From NCBI GenBank assembly GCA_964441745.1, contig CAYTYR010000004.1, positions 1-64,000 of the forward strand: 64,000 nucleotides of DNA. The letters are read 5' to 3'. Shown piece after piece: positions 60,887 through 64,000 of this stretch. The DNA comes from an uncultured Clostridia bacterium. Its GTDB lineage: Bacteria; CAYTYR01; UBA6262. How positions within the stretch are numbered: position 1 is the stretch's first letter; every line of letters begins with the position of its first letter. The notes beneath the pieces are model-generated. The model saw nothing but the letters and a program-made list of their open reading frames with translations. It was not told the DNA's origin and did not search any database. The position numbers and the translations under genes are program-made.

Positions 60887-61699
60887 ATGACTTTTTGCGT
60901 TCATGAAAATGTAAAAAAAATATGGCAGGAAAATCCCTACCGGATAGTCCGCTGTCTTAGTTGCGGACAGGTACTGCAAAAACCATTCCCGGCAGAACCT
61001 TTGTCCTTATACGGGGAGGAATATTTTACCGCCAATTACATCCGTTTCCAGGAGCAAAGGCTGGCCTACTGGCGGCGCCGCTGGCAGGATTTAAGCAAGA
61101 TTATGCCCACCCCGGGATCTTTACTGGATATTGGTTGCGGCATCGGCCTGTTCTTGAAAGTAGCCCATGATCAGGGTTGGCAGGGAGAGGGAGTGGACCC
61201 GTCTCCCTTTGCCAGGTCTTACGCACAACGTGAGTACCAGCTAAAAATAGTTAATGACCTGTCGTCTTTATCTCTCGGGGAGAACTATTATGACCTGGTC
61301 ACCGCTTGGGATGTGCTAGCCCATGTGCCGGATCCAGGCTCGATCATTGCCCAGGCTCACAAATTACTTAAACCTGGTGGTTGGCTGGTGGTTAAAACTC
61401 CTTACTGGAATTTGATGGTTTTCTATTTTACCTCGCTCCTGGGCCGGTTAATAAAAACATCTTTCTTCCTGCATCTACCGCAACAACTGTATTTTTTCCA
61501 GCCAGGGACATTATCCCGTCTGGTCAAGGACGCAGGTTTTAAAGAGATCAAAACAGAGTTTGTGCCTGAGGCTGAGCTGGGCCAGGTAAGCTACAGTCGT
61601 TCCCGTATAAAGCACTTAGTTGTCGTCATCATTAAAAGAATTATCGCCGCGATTAAAGGGCAGGAAAGTTTTATTTTATTAGCACGAAAGGGAGCATAG
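60887..61699 (+). CDS. Class I SAM-dependent methyltransferase
   Basis: LLDIGCGIG, WDVLAHVPDP, LKPGG. Confidence 0.9.
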   Translation: MTFCVHENVKKIWQENPYRIVRCLSCGQVLQKPFPAEPLSLYGEEYFTANYIRFQEQRLAYWRRRWQDLSKIMPTPGSLLDIGCGIGLFLKVAHDQGWQGEGVDPSPFARSYAQREYQLKIVNDLSSLSLGENYYDLVTAWDVLAHVPDPGSIIAQAHKLLKPGGWLVVKTPYWNLMVFYFTSLLGRLIKTSFFLHLPQQLYFFQPGTLSRLVKDAGFKEIKTEFVPEAELGQVSYSRSRIKHLVVVIIKRIIAAIKGQESFILLARKGA

Positions 61700-61700
61700 G

Positions 61701-62759
61701 ATGGTTTGGCGCAAGACGATCAAAAGACTTATCCCGGGTCAAGTGAAAAAACTGTGGTGGCGTCTGCATTATTACTATTTGGCGCATTCAGCCGGGTACG
61801 CAGACAAAATATCTTCAGTTACCCTGGAAACCACCAATGTTTGCGATATACAGTGTGAAGTCTGCCCGGTTCCGAAGCTGAACCGCAAAAAAGGTTTTAT
61901 GAGCCTGGAAGATTTTAAAATAATCCTGGATAAACTGCCCAACACGGTAAAAACCATCAGAATGAATTATGCCGGTGAACCTCTCTTAAACAAAAATATT
62001 TTTAAAATGATAAAGTATGGCAAAGAGAGACGGCCGGATATAGCTTTCCGCGTCAGCACCAGCGGCACGCCGCTTGATCGTTTTTTGCCGGAAGAGATTA
62101 CCGGCAGCGGGTTGGATGAACTGGATATTTGCCTGGATGGCTCCACCAAGGAAATTCATGAAGGATACCGCCAGGGCAGCGACTTTGACCGCATCTGCGC
62201 TGCTGCCCGTAATTTATGCCAGTATAAACAAAAAAGCGGGTTTCCCAGCCCCCGTATAATTCAGATGACCTTAATGCATAAGCAAACAGTAAAACTTATC
62301 CCGCAGATTACCGCTTTGGCGCAGAGTATTGGTTTTGATGAACTGCACTTGCGCTATATGGGTATCCCAACCTTGACGTGCCCTCTGCCGGTACTGCAAA
62401 AGCTGTATCCCTATTACGCGGGATTATCCCTGCAGGAACTGGCTAGCTTCAAGGATAAATATCTGCCTGATCCGGAATATACTTTGTACCGTAAAACCGG
62501 CAAACGTTATTTATTGCGGAAACCCATGAAGCGGTGTTATAGTTTTCTTTCGCCGGTGATCTATTATAATGGGGACGTTTCTGTCTGTTGCCATGACGGG
62601 GAAGGGTATTGCGTTTTTGGTAACCTGGTCAACGAGTCTTTTGCCGCGGTCATGCAACGCCAGGCGGTCCGTGACATATATTATAAAAAGCTGGAGATCT
62701 GCCAGGACTGCGACCTGTCCTGGAGCGGGGTAAATTACAAGGAGATTAAGCTAAAATAA
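61701..62759 (+). CDS. Radical SAM protein with a SPASM/twitch-like C-terminus
   Basis: CDIQCEVC (CxxxCxxC), GEPLL, C...NGDVSVCCHD...C..C. Confidence 0.92.
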   Translation: MVWRKTIKRLIPGQVKKLWWRLHYYYLAHSAGYADKISSVTLETTNVCDIQCEVCPVPKLNRKKGFMSLEDFKIILDKLPNTVKTIRMNYAGEPLLNKNIFKMIKYGKERRPDIAFRVSTSGTPLDRFLPEEITGSGLDELDICLDGSTKEIHEGYRQGSDFDRICAAARNLCQYKQKSGFPSPRIIQMTLMHKQTVKLIPQITALAQSIGFDELHLRYMGIPTLTCPLPVLQKLYPYYAGLSLQELASFKDKYLPDPEYTLYRKTGKRYLLRKPMKRCYSFLSPVIYYNGDVSVCCHDGEGYCVFGNLVNESFAAVMQRQAVRDIYYKKLEICQDCDLSWSGVNYKEIKLK

Positions 62760-64000
62760 TGTCAGTAACAAGAAATATTGCTAAAGGCAGCGCTATATTG
62801 ATTATTGGCAGTTTCCTGGGATATATCCTGGCGTTGGGTAAGGAAATGCTGGTAGCGTCACGTTTCGGAGTCCGCTCCGGAATGGATGCTTATTATGCCG
62901 CTCTTACTGTTCCTAATCTGATCAGCAACGTGCTGCTGGCTGCTTTCACCGCTATTTTTATCCCGATCATCATTAACAGCCAGGCGGTTGATGATATCCG
63001 GGCCAGGAAAATTACTAATATCACCGTCAGTTTCCTGTTGCTTTTTCTCCTGGCCAGTACCGTAGTTTTATTCGGGTTAGCCGCTCCCCTGATGCGCTTA
63101 GGCTTTCCGGGATTTAGTCCTGAAACAGGGTTAGCCGCAGTCAAATTACTGCGCGAAGTGAGCCTGATCGTTTTGCTTTCAGGCATTGTCGGTATTCTTC
63201 TGGGGATACTAAACAGCCGCCGGAAGTTCATAGCCCAGTCACTGGCCCCGATGTTTGTGACTGCCACCCTGATCGTGTTCATCTATATCGGTGGTAAGCA
63301 GTTGAGCGTTTCCAGCTTAACTTACGGATTATTGGCTGGCACTTTACTGGAAGCGGTTTATTTATATTTTGCGGTCCGCCAGGAAGGGTATGTTTTTCAT
63401 TTTGATTTTGACCTGCGGCAACCGGAGATAAAGACCATGGGGAATTTATTATTCCCGTTTTTGATCGGCACCGCCCTGGGCCAACTTAACATTATTGTGG
63501 ACCGTTTCATGGCTTCGGGATTAGGGACCGGCAGTATCGCGGCTCTGGGTTATGCGGATAAGCTGGTACATGTGCCGACCCAGATCATCAATGCCTCGAT
63601 CAGCACCGCGGCTTTTCCTTTTTTTGCGGCGCAGGTATCCTCTAAAGATATGGATGGTCTTAAACAGACGCTGTCCGCTACTTTACGGCTGGCGGCCTTT
63701 ATCCTGGTTCCGGCAACTGTCCTGCTCATTTTGTTCAGTAAACCATTAGTCCATATATTGTTTGAACGCGGAGCTTTTGATGCCGCGGCTACTTATTTGA
63801 CGGCCAGTATTTTCTCCATGTACGCCTTGCAGCTTTTTTTCACCGCGGCGGAGGTTTTGCTGATCAGGGTGTTTTTCTCCCTGCAGAATATGAAGGTAGT
63901 GGTAACCATAGTTATCTTGAGCGTGATCTTTAATGTTATCGGTAATTATATCTTCATGAGGGTGATCACTCCTGCGGCCGCAGGCATTGCTTTATCTACA
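62759..64000 (+). CDS. murJ: MurJ/MviN-like lipid-linked glycan flippase (3'-truncated; missing from the ORF track)
   Basis: TAATG overlap; translates MSVTRNIAKG...KEMLVASRFG..GMDAYYAALTVP...VDRFMASGLGTGSIAALGYA...LFERGAFD. Confidence 0.88.
   Translation, partial: MSVTRNIAKGSAILIIGSFLGYILALGKEMLVASRFGVRSGMDAYYAALTVPNLISNVLLAAFTAIFIPIIINSQAVDDIRARKITNITVSFLLLFLLASTVVLFGLAAPLMRLGFPGFSPETGLAAVKLLREVSLIVLLSGIVGILLGILNSRRKFIAQSLAPMFVTATLIVFIYIGGKQLSVSSLTYGLLAGTLLEAVYLYFAVRQEGYVFHFDFDLRQPEIKTMGNLLFPFLIGTALGQLNIIVDRFMASGLGTGSIAALGYADKLVHVPTQIINASISTAAFPFFAAQVSSKDMDGLKQTLSATLRLAAFILVPATVLLILFSKPLVHILFERGAFDAAATYLTASIFSMYALQLFFTAAEVLLIRVFFSLQNMKVVVTIVILSVIFNVIGNYIFMRVITPAAAGIALST

Overview
A 64-kb chromosomal segment from a diderm, probably anaerobic, deep-branching bacterium; the phylum cannot be fixed from this window. 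In order: the 3' end of an rRNA operon (23S with an unusual hairpin insertion, 5S) plus a small ORF; an EF-G paralogue; yebC-ruvCAB-spoIID-queA; a 5-kb trehalose module (membrane-sensor/HAMP-fused OtsA, OtsB, DUF5752-like protein, TreT) behind a riboswitch-like leader; tgt-yajC-HD-secDF; split MetH plus MetV/MetF; a PorV-like barrel; rpmB, recG, coaD, pta; a complete type IVa pilus locus (pilBTC, pilin, pilD, minor pilins, two large secreted proteins, pilMNOPQ); and a surface-glycan locus (two O-antigen-ligase/TPR proteins, GT4s, DegT, methyltransferase, radical SAM, MurJ-like flippase, truncated). Most spacers from 1.8 to 33.4 kb carry short hairpin elements built from 7-nt tandem repeats or four-box inverted repeats. 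Several have a second GC-rich palindrome nested inside, and some run into coding sequence. Best candidates for new biology: (1) a riboswitch-gated, receptor-fused trehalose synthase operon; (2) the dispersed, nested hairpin-element system; (3) a PilY1-independent pilus tip, with pilD apparently using a non-canonical start codon. All assignments were made by eye from motifs; no searches were run.
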